IMG/VR virus record: IMGVR_UViG_3300029305_004519
Span: 77,541 to 135,466 of that record
Length of the DNA: 57,926 nt
Strand: one strand, 5' to 3'
Source of the DNA: a virus
This document shows, piece by piece, positions 25,753 to 40,000 of the stretch (position 1 is the first letter of the stretch; each line of letters starts with the position of its first letter). The notes under the pieces were generated by a model. That model did not search any database. It saw only the letters and a list, made by a program, of their open reading frames with translations, and was not told the origin of the DNA. A program made the position numbers and the translations under genes.

Positions 25753-27483
25753 ATGGCTAAATTAGGTGAATATATCCATTTAACATGGCAAGGATATCAG
25801 AATTCAGGTGTCGAATGGGATGATGGATCGAAAGTTAATGATTTAACAACAGAAATTTTTGATATGCATAAATAGAACATTCTCAAGAAGGCTAAAGAGA
25901 CTTTGTATATTCCTAATTTAAAAGAATTATAGGATGACTATAATGAGCGGCTATAGGAGAATATGGAATATATGAAAAAGGCTGTTGATAATATGAATGA
26001 ATTAGAGCGTTTTAATTGGTTTAAAGCTATTGCCTTAAGTTCTCATTTCTCAAACGATGACGCAGAAATTATCGCTAAAGACATGGAAATAGATCCTGTT
26101 TATGGTATTAAATATAATCCAAAAAACCCCTCTAATCATATTTTACGAAAAGGTCGTATTACTGTTGCAAATTTTCCTTCTAAGGTTAAGATTTCAACAG
26201 CAGATGGGAAAACTCAACAAATAGTAAAAAATTTATTTCACTATCGCACCACGGTAATTAAAAAAATTAAAGAAGCGATTGTAAAAGTTTAGAATTTAGA
26301 AGCTATTGATTTATCTATTCGTAAAAGTATTTGTACAGATTTAGGCAATATAATTAGAAATATTAATGAGGCTGTTGTAACTGGAGCAGAACTTGATGCT
26401 ATTAATAAAAAATTAGGCTATGCTATTACAGCTCCTATTATTTCTCATGAAACTGCAAATAAAATTCTTGAATAGGTTCGTAATATTTTACGCAAAGTAT
26501 CATCAATTGATGCAATTAATAGAGATCTAGCTGCATACTGGGCGGAAAATGAAGGTATGATTATTGCAGATAAAGCAGCTTTAATTGGTTTTTCTCGCAC
26601 CCAAGAAATTATTGAGGGTTTAGCAAATAAAACTTTAAAGAGTACTGGTTCGACTATGTCAAATGTTAGAGTGACGGTAGATATGCTAACTTCTGGAAAA
26701 ATTTTTGAACAAAGAATAAAAGAATTAGAAACAAGAATAAAATAGGAGACTTAGTCTACAAAATAGACTTATGAAATTGACACTGGTGGCGAAAAAACTT
26801 TTATTCATTATGATTTATTTAGAGACTATAGTGTTCAACAAAAAGCAGATATTGAATATATATTCAATGAGAGTAAAATAGGAATTTCTATGAAGTCTAC
26901 TGACTTGTCTGCTACCAAATATATGAGAAATGGAAAATTGCAATTAGCTACTGTTGATTTGCAAGGGGCAACATCTTTATTGCTTTATTTGGCAGGATTA
27001 GAACAAATGACAAGTACGTTAGGAACTCATTATTTAAATATATTGGCAGACCATGGAGAAGAAAATGTAGATAATAGTATTTATTAGCATGCTTTAGATT
27101 CTTTAGCATTAAGTTTAACATATAGTGCTTTAACTGGAGAATTATAGAATAGAGAAAGTGGTTTAAATGCCACTATTTTAGCTGTCAGAGATAAGGCTAT
27201 TAATAAAGATTTAGATCGAGTTAAATTATTTGATATGAGCGTTATTTTAGATTTAGTTGCTAAAAATGGATTTACTAATAATATTATCTTTTTTCCTTCA
27301 TTAGATAAAATAAAATTAAATAATATTAAAATTGCAGAGGATAAGGACGATGGCGCAAAGGCGCAATGGCTTGCCGCTAGAAGAAGATGTGCAAATGTTA
27401 TAGCTGAAGCTCGTTTATAGACTATTTCTATTGGTATTACAAAATAGTTATTAAATAGTATAATAAAGTCAAGAGGCTATTAA
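25753..27483 (+). CDS. Hypothetical tail-associated protein (576 codons, about 15 TAG)
   Basis: Frame 1 is continuous through track ORFs 25963.., 26557.., 26890.. and 27235.. to TAA 27481-27483. Confidence 0.45.
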
Positions 27484-27484
27484 C

Positions 27485-27513
27485 TTGACTTATAAAAAAT
27501 TTTTCTATATAAT
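27485..27513 (+). promoter_or_regulatory. Internal sigma-70-type promoter (TTGACT-17-TATAAT)
   Basis: Exact hexamers and spacing. Confidence 0.5.
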
Positions 27514-27555
27514 ATAAATAGAAAATATCGAGAGAAAAAAGGAGATTAATTAATT

Positions 27556-28086
27556 ATGATTTTTAATAGTCTTAATTTAAGAACTTATAATGGTTTTAAT
27601 ACTTTTAACATTAATCCTGAAGTTGAAGTAAAAGTATTACAATATCTTCCTATTGAAGATAAAAATGATATTATTCATTTCACTTTACAAAATTCAGAAG
27701 AAAATGGTATTTATAACGAATTAAAGATTAATATGTATTTTCATCTTTATATTACTTATATGTACACTGATTTAGAATTTACCGTTGAAGAAAAGAATGA
27801 TCCAGTTACTCTCTATAATATTTTGAAAAGTAATGGAATTATTGGGGCAATTGTTGATGCAATCCCTGAACAAGAGTATAAACAGTTATTAGCTACTCTT
27901 GACATCATGCTTGAGAGAAAAATGAAGTATAAAAATACTGTTGCATCTGTGCTAAATAATTTTATTGAAAATTTACCTAAAAATGCAAAAGAGGCGCAGG
28001 AAATTATTGAGAAATTTAATCCTGAGGACTTGCAAAGAGTGTTAGATTTTGCAAGGGCGGCTAATGGCGGAAGAGAGATTAATTAA
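27556..28086 (+). CDS. Putative tail assembly chaperone-like protein (176 aa; no TAG)
   Basis: ORF track entry. Position immediately upstream of the tape measure gene. Confidence 0.35.
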   Translation: MIFNSLNLRTYNGFNTFNINPEVEVKVLQYLPIEDKNDIIHFTLQNSEENGIYNELKINMYFHLYITYMYTDLEFTVEEKNDPVTLYNILKSNGIIGAIVDAIPEQEYKQLLATLDIMLERKMKYKNTVASVLNNFIENLPKNAKEAQEIIEKFNPEDLQRVLDFARAANGGREIN

Positions 28087-28107
28087 GGTCAATTTAAGAT
28101 AAAATAC

Positions 28108-28150
28108 ATACCCTTATTATTATATATTAGTAGTAAGGGTATTTTATTTT
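28108..28150 (+). terminator. Rho-independent terminator
   Basis: ATACCCTTA-loop-TAAGGGTAT followed by TTTATTTT. Confidence 0.55.
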
Positions 28151-28182
28151 ACCCAATTGATGAGTAAAAGGAGGAATATAAT

Positions 28183-31100
28183 ATGGCTAATAATTAGGGA
28201 AGAATCAATTTTGGCATTGGTTTTAATGTTGATAAAACTGGCTTAAATGAACTTCGCGCCCAACTTCAGTCATTGCAGAATCTATCTACTAAAGATTTGG
28301 TGAATATATCTAATGCTAAACAGGCAGAAGACACTTTAAAAAGTATCACTGACACTGCGCAGAAGGTATAGGCAGCATTAGAGTCAAGTTTTAATGTTAA
28401 ATTAAATTCAACTGATTTAAATAAATTCCAATAGTCATTAAATGCGGCTGGATTAAATTTAAAGACTATTGAAGCTGAATTTGCAAAAGCTGGTGTTCAA
28501 GGCCAAAATGCGTTTCGTAATATCACAACTGAATTATTAACAACTAATAGATATATTAAATAGACTAGCAAATGGCTTGATAAAATGGTCGAGACAATGG
28601 GGAATACTGTTAGATGGTCTATTTCATCTAGCGCCTTAAATGCTATTACTGGTTCCGTTCAAAAAGCTTATAGTTATACTAAAAAACTTGATCAATCTTT
28701 AAATGATATCGTTATAGTTACAGGTAAGAGCTCAGATGAAATGGCGCGCTTCGCTAGAGAGGCGAATAATGCGGCCAAGCAGTTAGGCGCCACTACAACT
28801 GACTACACGCAAGCTGCGCTGATTTATTACCAATAGGGTTTATCAGACCAAGATGTACGCGCTCGTTCAGAAGTTACAACTAAGGTTGCAAATGTTACTG
28901 GAACAAGTGCGCAAGTAGCATCTGAACAATTAACTGCTATTTGGAATGGTTATAAAGTATCTGCGCAAGAAGCAGAGGCATATATTGATAAGGTTTCTGC
29001 TGTTGCCGCAACTACCGCTGCAGACTTAGAGGAACTTTCTGTTGGTATGTCTAAGGTAGCATCTGCCGCTAATATTATGGGTGTAGATATTGACCAATTA
29101 AATGCACAATTAGCTACTATTGTATCTGTTACGCGTGAGGCGCCTGAGTCTATTGGTACTGCATTAAAGACTGTTTATGCTCGTATGAGTGATATTGAAG
29201 CGGGGCTCGATACCGAAACTACTCTTGGTGAATATACTGCGCAAATGGCAGAAATGGGTATTAATGCTTTAGATGCAAACGGTAATTTGCGTGATATGGG
29301 TGAAGTTGTAGAAGAAATTGGTAATAAGTGGAATACTTTAAATCGTAATCAACAAACTGCATTAGCTCAAACTATTGCTGGTACTCGTCAATACTCGCGT
29401 ATGATGGCATTGTTCGATAACTGGACAATGTATGAGAAAGCATTAAGCACTTCCGCAAATGCTATGGGTACTTTAAATGAGCAAAATGACCGTTATTTAA
29501 ACTCAATGGAAGCTCATTTGAATAAATTAACAGCTGCTTCTGAGGGATTGTATGATAGCTTATTAGATCCAGAGAGCTTAAATGGTTTAATTGATGGTTT
29601 AACAACTGTTGTTACTTTGATTGACTAGATGGTATAGGGTCTTGGAGGTGGCGGCAATGTTTTAATGAATTTTGGCGCTATCGCTCTATAGGTATTTAAT
29701 CAATAGATTTCTAGAGGAATTTCCAATGTTATTAGAAATGCAAAAGGTTTAAAAGATAATTTAAAATAGGCAGCGGCAGAGGCTGAATTAATTGCACAAA
29801 TGGAAGAGTTGCAAGATGATAAGATGAAGCCTATTATTGAAGCTTATAAGGAAATGAATAGTCTTAGACATTTAATGACTGAGGCAGAAGAAAAAGAATT
29901 TAACCTTTTATAGAAAAAACGTACTGAATTGGTTAATGAGAATGCTCTACTAGAAAATCGTAAAAGTTTGATTGAAAAAATGTATCTTCTTTAGACTAAA
30001 GAGAAAAATATAGATATATCTAAAGTAAAAGATGCTGACAAAGTGCAAGGTGCACTTTTAGATTTTGCTTCGGGTGGTTTAAGCGATGTTGGAGAAGATT
30101 TATTAGAAGATGCTTTAAACATTTCAAACTTATCATAGGAAGTTTCTTCGGCAGCGGCATCTGCGCGAGGTAAACGAGCTTGGACAACACGGCTTCAAAG
30201 CATAGAAGGCAAATCAATGTTGTATGGAGAACAATCAACCTCTTGGTCTGATAAAACTTAGGCAGCAATTGATAAAGCCTTGGAGGCAGAAAAATATGCA
30301 CGAGAGTTACAAGAAGAATTATCTGCTTCTTTTGAAAGTAATATTCAAAAATAGAAGAAAGCATTTGATGAAATGGCAGACAATGCTAAATGGCTGTCAG
30401 AACTAGGTCTTTTTAATGATGAAGATGTAAAATAGTTAAAAGAGATTCAGCACACTTTTAATAATTTAACTGAAAAGGATGCAAAAAAATTACCTGAGTT
30501 ATTAAATGCTTATCAAAAATATGTTGAATCAGCTAGAAAAGCTGCGGGCGCCAATGCCGATTTTGCAAAAAAATATTAGGCAGAGTATGATAAACTTAAG
30601 ACAGCAGCTGAAAATGCTACCTTAGCAACCGATAAATTTTTAAAAAGTTTTGACACGGCTAAGGCTGTTGGGGCAATTACTAATCTTGCAGGAGGCATTT
30701 CTGGTCTTGCTTCTGGCATGACTACTTTAAGTAATATTGGTAGTATTTGGGATGATGATAATTTAAGTGGTTGGGAAAAAATGCTTCAAATTACTACTAA
30801 TTTAAGCATGTCTTTACCAATATTGTTTAATAGTATTTCTTCTATCAAAAAAGGAATGATAGAATTTAAAGATGTTACAAAAACAATTGCTAACACTTGG
30901 AATAAATTTAAAACAGACTAGGCCAAAGCTTAGGCTGCTAGTATTATCATGGCTAAAAAAGAAGAATTAGCGCAAGATAAAGTAACTAAGTCAGCATTAG
31001 AGTAGGCTTTTGGCAATAAAGTATTGGAAGAGGCAATAGAAGAAGTAATAGAGGATAAAGAAAGATTAAATAATGAAACACTTGAAGAAATTCTAAATTC

Positions 31101-34100
31101 AGATGAGGCAACGAAAAAGAAGTTGCTTGAAGCAGCGGCAAACAAGGCAGTAGATGCAACAGACGGAACTCCGGTATCTAATGGATAGGCTATTGGATAG
31201 TTACTTAAAGATGGCGGCAAGAAACTTTTAAGCGGTTTAAAATCTGCTGCTCCTATACTACTGATTGTTGCAGGCATTGCAGCCATGACTGCCGGAATTA
31301 AAGCTGGAGTTGATGCATGGAAAGAATAGGAAAATCGTTTATAGAATATTAAAGCAGAATGCGCATTAATTTCGGAAGAATTGAAGAATTAGATTTCTAT
31401 GCTGGAATAGACAAAAACTAATACTGAGTCTTTAATTGATACTTATAATAAGCAAAGACAAGCCTTAGATTCTTGTGTAGCTGGTACTGATGAATATAAT
31501 TCTGCGTTGCGTAAAGCTAATTTATAGGTTATTGAATTATTAGAACAATACCCAGAATTAACTCATTAGATAGAAGAATCTAATACTCAGGCTGGTTTAA
31601 TGGTTGTAAATCAAGCCGCCTTAAATAATTTATTATCCGAAGCAGATGCAAAAATAGCATTGGCTCGCTCTGCACAATTTGAAAGTGCGGCTAGGGAGAA
31701 ACAAGCTGATTCTGATATCGCAATGAGAGAATTGGCAGAAGATTTAAGTAAAAACGAAGAGACTATAAAAACAATCTCTACAATTGCATCTGTAATAATA
31801 GGAGGCGTAGCTATCGCAGGAGCCATTGCTGCTACTATTGTTACTGGAGGAATAGCAGGCGCAGCAATAGGCGCAGGAATTTTAGCAGCTGGTGGAGCTC
31901 AAATTTGGGGCATGAATGAAGGAAGCGCAGCATTATCAGAAGCTGATCTTCAAAAAAGAGAAAAGGCTTTAGAAAAAGTTGTAATTGCTTATGAACAAGA
32001 TGCAGAAATTTTTGCGAAGTCTAAAGAAGATTTAAAAGAGTACTTTGGAGATATTGGTATTGATGATGCGGCATTACGAGAATCTCTTGCAAATAATAAA
32101 GAAGAAGTTGCGAAATTAGCAGATGAAATTGCTACTACTAATCGCTTAATTGCTACTTATAATACTTAGGCAGCATTTGACTACATATCTTCTTTGAAAA
32201 ATAATTATGGATTTAATACCTCTGCTTTTTAGAATCAAATCGCTTATGCTTATGGTCAAAAAGCCGATCCGTTACAAAAGGAATATGAAGAACAAGCTGA
32301 AAAAATGTCTAATGAAGAGCTTGGACGAGAGGTTGCAGAAAAATATGGCTATGAATATATCACCTCTAATGAAGATACTATAACCTTTAGAAATAAAGAG
32401 GGTCAAGAGTTTACTCTGAATGAAGAAACGGTAGAAACACAATGGGCTTCGCGAAAAGGCTATGAAGATTTAGAAAAAGATTTAGAGCGCCTAATTACGA
32501 TTGTAACTAGTACAGCTACATCGTCTAGCGATGCAGTGAATCAATAGATTGCTAATTTAATCACTGGGCAAAAGGTAAATTTATCTGCTTTATCGCAAAA
32601 TGAATTAGCTGAATTTTAGGCTTTATATGATTCATTAGATTTCACTGATCAGTAGTTAGAGATTTTAAATATAACGACAGATAACCTTAATACAGCTTTT
32701 ATGGCAGCAATTGGGGCAGTTACAGATTTTAGAAATAAATTAATAGAAGATAATATCAAAGATCCGCAAAGACAAAATTAGTATATAAACTTTTTAGAAT
32801 AGTCTAATTTAGGAAATGCAAGTTATATAGCACAAAAGAATTTAGCTGCTCTCTTTGGTTTAGGATCTGAAGATACACTTGCTTAGTTGTAGACATTGAC
32901 AAATCAACTAGGAGATTAGGCTTCTGATTTCTTTAATTTAATGCCAGAGCTTAAAACTGCCGCAGATGTTGAATCTTGGTTAAATAGTTTGGGCAATAGC
33001 GAATTTGCAAATTATTTAAACGACGAATTATTTAGAGGTTTTATAACCTTATTAAAAGACGATTTAAATCTATATGAACGTAGTGCTAAAGCTTTAGAAG
33101 AGCAAATTAGAACCAATAATAAGATTATTACATCATTAAAAGAAATTGGTGATGAAATTAGCGCGGAAGATTATGAAAAGCTTTCTGCTGCAATGAAGCA
33201 ATATTTTGTTGAAACCATAAATGGAACATATGCTTTAATTGCTTCTGCAACGGTGTTTAAACAACAAACAGAAAAGCTAAATAGACAAAATTTGATTGCT
33301 GCCCTAGACTAGCTGAATGAAATTATAGAAAAACCATTTGAATAGACTAATTTTGCTTATACAAATATATTAAAAAAATTTCAAAGTGAACACACTGCTT
33401 CTATGGAGGACTCAGAGTATCGCCTTGGAAGGTGGAAGTGGAATGATAGAGCTGCAAAATCAATAGTTGCAAACGCAGCGCCTGTAAATTATTACGAAGA
33501 ATATATCGGAAAATCAGGTATTTGGGAAGGTGTATATAATGAGTTAATGGCGAATAGTGCTTTTGCTGGTTTGGTAGATATTATTAACTCACATGCAAAA
33601 GATTTTAATTTTACACCTCTTGCAGATGATCCATCCGCTTCAGCTTTGCAAGTATTAAAATTAATGAGCACAGGATAGATCGATCCTACAAATATTGGGG
33701 TGCAAGAATTTTTTGGAGATTATGAAATAAGTCCTAACACAAAGGCGATATATGATCTAACAGGCGACTTATTAGAAAATAGCGCAAAAACGCTATTTGA
33801 TGCAGTTGTAGACATTGAGAAGAACTTATCTGGATTAGCTCAAGAGGAATATAGTAGCCAATACAATGCTTGGCTAGCAGAAAATATTCAAGCAAGAGCT
33901 GATAAAAAAGCTATTTAGTTAGATTTGGCTAAGACAGCAGGTTCCCAAGCTCAATTTGAAGAATGGGTAACTGCCGGGGTCATTAAAGCCGATGAAGAAA
34001 CAGGAATTGGAGAAGAAGAATTTAATAAATATTCTCAATATTGGAAAATTCAAACTGAAAAAGTTAAAGAATATATTGATGAATAGAATCTATCTCTTAA

Positions 34101-36873
34101 GGAGACTGAGCGATTACTAACATCTATTGAGCGAAAACTAGATCGCAGCTAGAAAAAATTAGATATATTGGGTACTCATAATGATAGAATAGCTCAATAT
34201 GCTACACTAAGTGGCTAGGCAGAAGACGCAGCAGACGCTTATAATACAGCTGAATAGAATGCCCGTCAAGACGCAAATGATTATTGGAACAATAATATTG
34301 CAGAAGTTTTTTATGGATTAAACAATATCTCATATGAAAACTTAAAGCGTAATGATAAAACAGGATACATTGAAAGCTATGGAGGACAAACTATTGAAAC
34401 ATGGCTACAAGCATAGGCTGGGATGCTAGATGAGAGCACTGTTTCTAATATTATTAATTTCATTGATACTTATAATGATAAGGTAAATAATATTTATGAA
34501 GAAGCTGATAAAGAATTAGACAAACGATTAGAAGCTATTTCATGGAAATTTTAGGCTTTTGAAGAAGAAATTTCATGGATTCTTGAAGTGGATGAAATTG
34601 AGCGCGGTTGGAAAGAATTTGGTGATTTAATTGCTGAGGTTGATATAGAGGACATTGGTGTTGCTCGAGGCAATTTACTCGAGAGTATGACGGATGACAT
34701 TAATTTGATCAATTCTCTTTAGGCCGAAGTGGAAAAATTAGATACTGATGAATACAAAAAGGACTAGGCATCTAGATTAGAAGCTCAAAAAACTTTGTAT
34801 AATGAATTGATTGAGACAGCAACAAATTATGCTAATAAATTGAAAGAGTTAAAAGAGCTTGAAAGCAAAGGGTTAGAAGATATTTCTCAAAATTATGATA
34901 AGATTGTTGATAATTTAGATTCGCTAAATACTATGCTTGATCATCAATTAACACTTACTAAATTATTATATGGAGAAAAAAGTTACAATCAATAGAAAGC
35001 TTATTACGATTTGCAAAAAGTAAATATAAAAACAATTTTAGATATGCGTCAAAAAGAGTATAATGATTTACAGACACGCATCAATAATACAGAAAAGCCA
35101 TTATAGGGTGTTAATTTAGAACAAGCAAAAGCACAGTTAATTGAGGCCGGTGAAGCAGTAGCTGCGGCAAGCGCAGAGTATGCATAGATTATTGCAGATA
35201 GCTTTACCGCTGAAATTGAAAATATGATTGACACTACTTTTGGAGCTATTGAGGATGCAAAAGACGAGTTTGACTGGATTGCATCAAATGAAGAGCGTAG
35301 TTTCAATACAATTGATAAAGCTTTTGCCATTAGCTCTTTAGAATATGCAATTCGAGAAGAAGCGGCTAAAGAAAGAAGTGTTAATGCTTAGGCTAAACTT
35401 AATTCCTTCCTTGCAACAGAAATCGCCATGTTGCGTGAAAAAGATAAATTAACGCAATATGATTTAGATCGCGCCCAGGCGCGCTATGAATTACTTTAGG
35501 CGCAGATTGCTCTTGAAGAAGCGCAAGCTAACAAGAGTACAATGCGTTTAGTAAGAGGCGCTGATGGGTCTTATGGATATGAGTATGTTGCAGATATGAA
35601 CGACATAAATAAAAAGCAAGCAGATATCTTAAGTGCTCAACAAGCTGTAATGCAATTGGATAAAGAAGAATTGCAAAATAACATGAGTGATATTTCTACT
35701 CTTATTACAGATTTTTCATCTTATTTTATGAAAGCTTTAGAGGGTGATAGAAATATCGACGCTGATGAATAGAGTATTTTACAAGAGATTTGGGATTCCT
35801 TATTGAGTGAAATTGGAGATACTTCTACATTAGCGAATAATTTAAAATCTTCTGTCGCAGAATCTGCAAGAGCTTTAGGAATTAATGATTTTACTAATTT
35901 AACCGACGCTAATATGAAATAGCTTTTCCCATGGTTAGATTCTAACATGTATGAATTAGTACAAGGTTGGCTTCGTGGAGATAATTAGTTGACAAATGCT
36001 AATTTTACTAGCTTAATAACTCAAGCTAATTTAGCAGGAGCAGATGTCCAAGGGCTTTTGAGTAATTTGGGATTAGATGCCTATTATGGGACAACTAATA
36101 ACATAGTTTCTTCTGAGAATAGTCGTCTTGAAGGAGAAATTGGCGATATTTAGGCTACTTTAGATACCATTGCTGGTAACTTTACTGTTATTAGGTCAAC
36201 ATTTGAACAGATATGGTAGCCCACGACAATTGCAAATCTTAAGGCTGCTTTGATTGCAGAACAAGCTAGCAAAGAGGATTTGAAGAAACTATAGTCAATG
36301 GATGTTGCTGATTTTGAAGTAACTGGTAGCGTAAAACTGCCAGAAACATTAGCGGATATTTGGGATGGAAATAATCCAGAGTCCAATGAGACTGGTCCAA
36401 CAGGTACCAAGGATAACCCTTTCTTTGTTTGCCCGATTTCCGCTTCAAAGCCTCCAGAGTCTTGGAATTATGATCCTGCAATACACGGTGGCGGATTAAT
36501 ATCTGTATTGGAGCGCCCTGTAGGGCTTGATACTGGTGGATATACTGGTGAATGGGGCGCCGAAGAAGGTCGCCTTGCGTTGCTTCATAAAAAAGAATTA
36601 GTGCTGAATGAAGACGATACTTCGCATATTCTTTCAGCAGTGTCTATTGTGCGTAGCCTACAAGAAAGTTTAGACAATTCTGTAGCGGCGCGTATGACAG
36701 CAATGAACTCTAGTTACAATTCTGCTTTGTCTAACTTTATGACAAATAATTCTGAGGTAGCGCAGAATATTGTAATTAATGCAGAGTTCCCAGATGCAAC
36801 TGATGCGCAAGAAATTAAAGAAGCATTTAGCTTATTGGTTAATATGGCAAATTAGAAAGTGCATGAGAAATAA
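28183..36873 (+). CDS. Tape measure protein, about 2,896 codons with more than 50 in-frame TAG
   Basis: All frame-1 track ORFs from 28585 to 36855 are in the same frame as ATG 28183. The gaps between them contain only TAG. Classic motif NQQTALAQTIAGTRQYSRMMALFDNW. Ends at TAA 36871-36873. Confidence 0.7.
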
Positions 36874-36885
36874 ATATGCTGTTCT

Positions 36886-36916
36886 TGAGGCGGCGATGGG
36901 TAACCATCTGCCGCCT
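36886..36916 (+). terminator. Stem-loop or terminator after the tape measure gene (GAGGCGGC-loop-GCCGCCTC), followed by a TTGGAC-18-TATAAT promoter-like site at about 36925-36957
   Basis: Read directly. Confidence 0.45.
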
Positions 36917-37017
36917 CATTGCATTGGACATTTTAAATTAATTTAGTTATAATATTTTTGAATATATAAAGAAAAAAGATTTAGTCTTTTTAATATGAGA
37001 TAAAAGGAGGAAAGTAT

Positions 37018-40000
37018 ATGTCAAATAAGACTCCACAAAATGCTCAAGCTATGGTGCGAGATTGGCTAACTGCCATGCAGATCATTGCAGATGGATCAAC
37101 AAGTCCTGGAGATACTACTGTTATTGCGACAGTTATAGCCACTCCCTCAGAGGGATCGAATGAATACACGATAGATTTGGGCGGTGATAATAATACGCGC
37201 ACAGCTCTTGGTCAGAGAGGATTGTATGCAAAAGATAGTCGAGTATATGCCACATGTCCAGCAGACTAGAGTCTTAAAGCGGTGATTTTATGCTCTGCTA
37301 CTAGCACAAGCGGCGCCAGCGAGGTAATTTTACCAATAGATAGATATGCTATAATTTATGAATTAGAAACTATGAATAATAGGCCAGAGGATGATTATAA
37401 GCCGCAACAATGGGCAGGTAGCTCAACACCAGCCACACATTTAAAAATTTCTGCAACTTTAAATCCTACTGATGCGAGTCTAGATTATTATGTACCTTTT
37501 ACGATTAACTTTACAGATAACACCGAACTTGAATTGGTAGATGCTGTAGGCAGTGGCGCTGTAGAAGGATATCCTTTTGTAGCAGGGCCTCATGATATAG
37601 AAGTTTATGTTGATATTAAAGATAAAACTATTAGTAATATTATTCAAGGTAGGACATCTAATACAAGCATCGATAATGTTAAATATACTACTCTATATGA
37701 TCGAACTTTGTTATCACAGAATAAATTAATTATTTATTCTTATGAAGATTCTAGTAAACAATTATATGCAGTTCCTATTCATAAAAATAAAAATGATGAT
37801 AATTTAACTTATAATTATTCATGGCAAAAAGAATAGAAGACATATGAAGATCTTGGTACAAGTAACCCTATAGAGGCGGGCGCGCTAGTTCATGCAAAAG
37901 TTGGCTTTAAATGCACTGCGACCTGCACCAGTGAAGGCCATGAAGATGAATAGTTAACTGGTGAAATTGTTTTAGATGGAACTGCATATACTGTATCAGT
38001 GGCTGTAACAAGAGATAGTGGAGAGAATATAGATAATTATAATTTATCAGCATCTATTAATCCACCTCTTCCAGAAACAGTTTCTCCAATTTATCAATGG
38101 TATAAAGATGATATAGAATTTGAGGATGAAGGTAATCTTCCAAATAGAGTAATTAATGGCGTTACAGAGATTAGCGGAAGCGCTCATTATATTTGCATTA
38201 TCGAAGATAATAATGGAGAGTATTATGGAGAAGATGGTGTAACCTTATAGCAGATTATTTGGAGTGTTTAGAGCTCTACTGTTTATTATACAACGACTTC
38301 AAGTAATTCGAAACCAGATCTTCCTTTAGATTCTTCAGACTGGAGTACCAATGTTCCAAATGATTACGGAGAAGAGAACCCCTATTTATGGTCTTATTAG
38401 GAAACGATTTATACAGACGGTAATAGAACTAAAACGATCCGAACTGAGGTTTCTTTATAGTCTTTCTTTGTATCTTCTTCTTATAAAATGGAATTAACTA
38501 ATCCTTTTGATATGATTCCTGTTGATGCAGATAGTGTTTTGGCATCTTCTTCTGCGTTAAATGAAGCTTGGACTGAGATTAAGATTTATAGAGGCTCAGA
38601 GTTGCTTAATCCAGAGTCCATTAATATCGTTGATACGTTGTTGCCATCCTATGAGAGTGAAGAGACTTTAAATGGGTTGTATTTAGAGGATAAAACTTAT
38701 AATGAATTTACAGGAACTTATTCATTTGGTCTTAGCGCAGATAATAAAATTATTTTTAAAGTCAACTCATGGTCTTGGGAAGATAATTATACAGAAGAAA
38801 AAGATAGTGTATCATTTAATTTCTTTTATTATGAAAATGATGATGAATTAGCAACTGGCACTTTTACAATAAAAACCAATATTGCGACTGTTGATTATTC
38901 GTTGATGCTTTCATAGCGCATTGTTAATATTTCAAATTTACCATCAGAAGATAATCAATTTATCACTGTTAATTCAAAGAAAATTTGGGGTAATCGCTCT
39001 TAGATAAATGGCAATGGAGCTCGAATCCGATACAATTGGAATAAAGGTTTTGATAGCGACGACTATGCAGAGATTTCCGATATGAGTGACGCCCGACGAA
39101 TTAGCTATGCGGATAAAGTTACTGATGTATCTAATAAATTATATATTTGGCTAGAAGCACAAACTGGTCCCGATGATGAAAAGGAAGAGCCTATTTGGCA
39201 AGTCTGGGATTAGGACATTGTCTCTTTTATTGAAGATGGCGAAAACTCTTATTCAATGAGTTTAAATAATGACAGTGATGTTATTGCGATCAGCGCAGCT
39301 AGCGGCAAGGTTCTTGGTTCATTACCTACTATTTCTGTATAGACTTTTTACGGAGAAACTGTCGTAGATACGGGAACTGTTACAATTGATCCGATCAATT
39401 GTACACTTGACGAAGAAGAAGAAGAAGAAGTAGACAGAAGAACCTGTACATTACAAAGCATCTCTGCAGGAGAAACCTCTGGTAGTGTTACATTTACTTG
39501 GGATCCAGGGGAAAGCGCTCCATCTCTTACAAAAACTTTCACTTTTAATGTAGTAACATCATCTGTAGATTATGATTTAGTAATTCCTCAAACTACATTT
39601 AATACCTCAAGCAGCGTACAAGTAGCAGTATAGGTTAAGCGTACAAGAGAGGGCCAAGCAACTGACATTATTGCGCCTAATGGCGATTCTGATGTTGTAG
39701 TGCAGTATTAGAAGCAGAATGCTACAGGGTGGGAGACTTTAACCAACAGTAATCTTACAATTACTGATACTTCTGCCCCTTATACTTTTAGAATTATTAA
39801 GAAGAAAGATAAGGCAACTGATCCTGATTTTGTATGGGATGAAGAAACTATTGAATTTGTACGAGATGGTATTGATAAACCAATAAATACATGGCTTCGT
39901 GAATTTCCTTGGAGCACATGGGAGTATCACATAATTAAGAATCCTACTAGCTCTTGGGACTATTATAAAAAAGGCGAACATGAAGAATCCTATGATAATT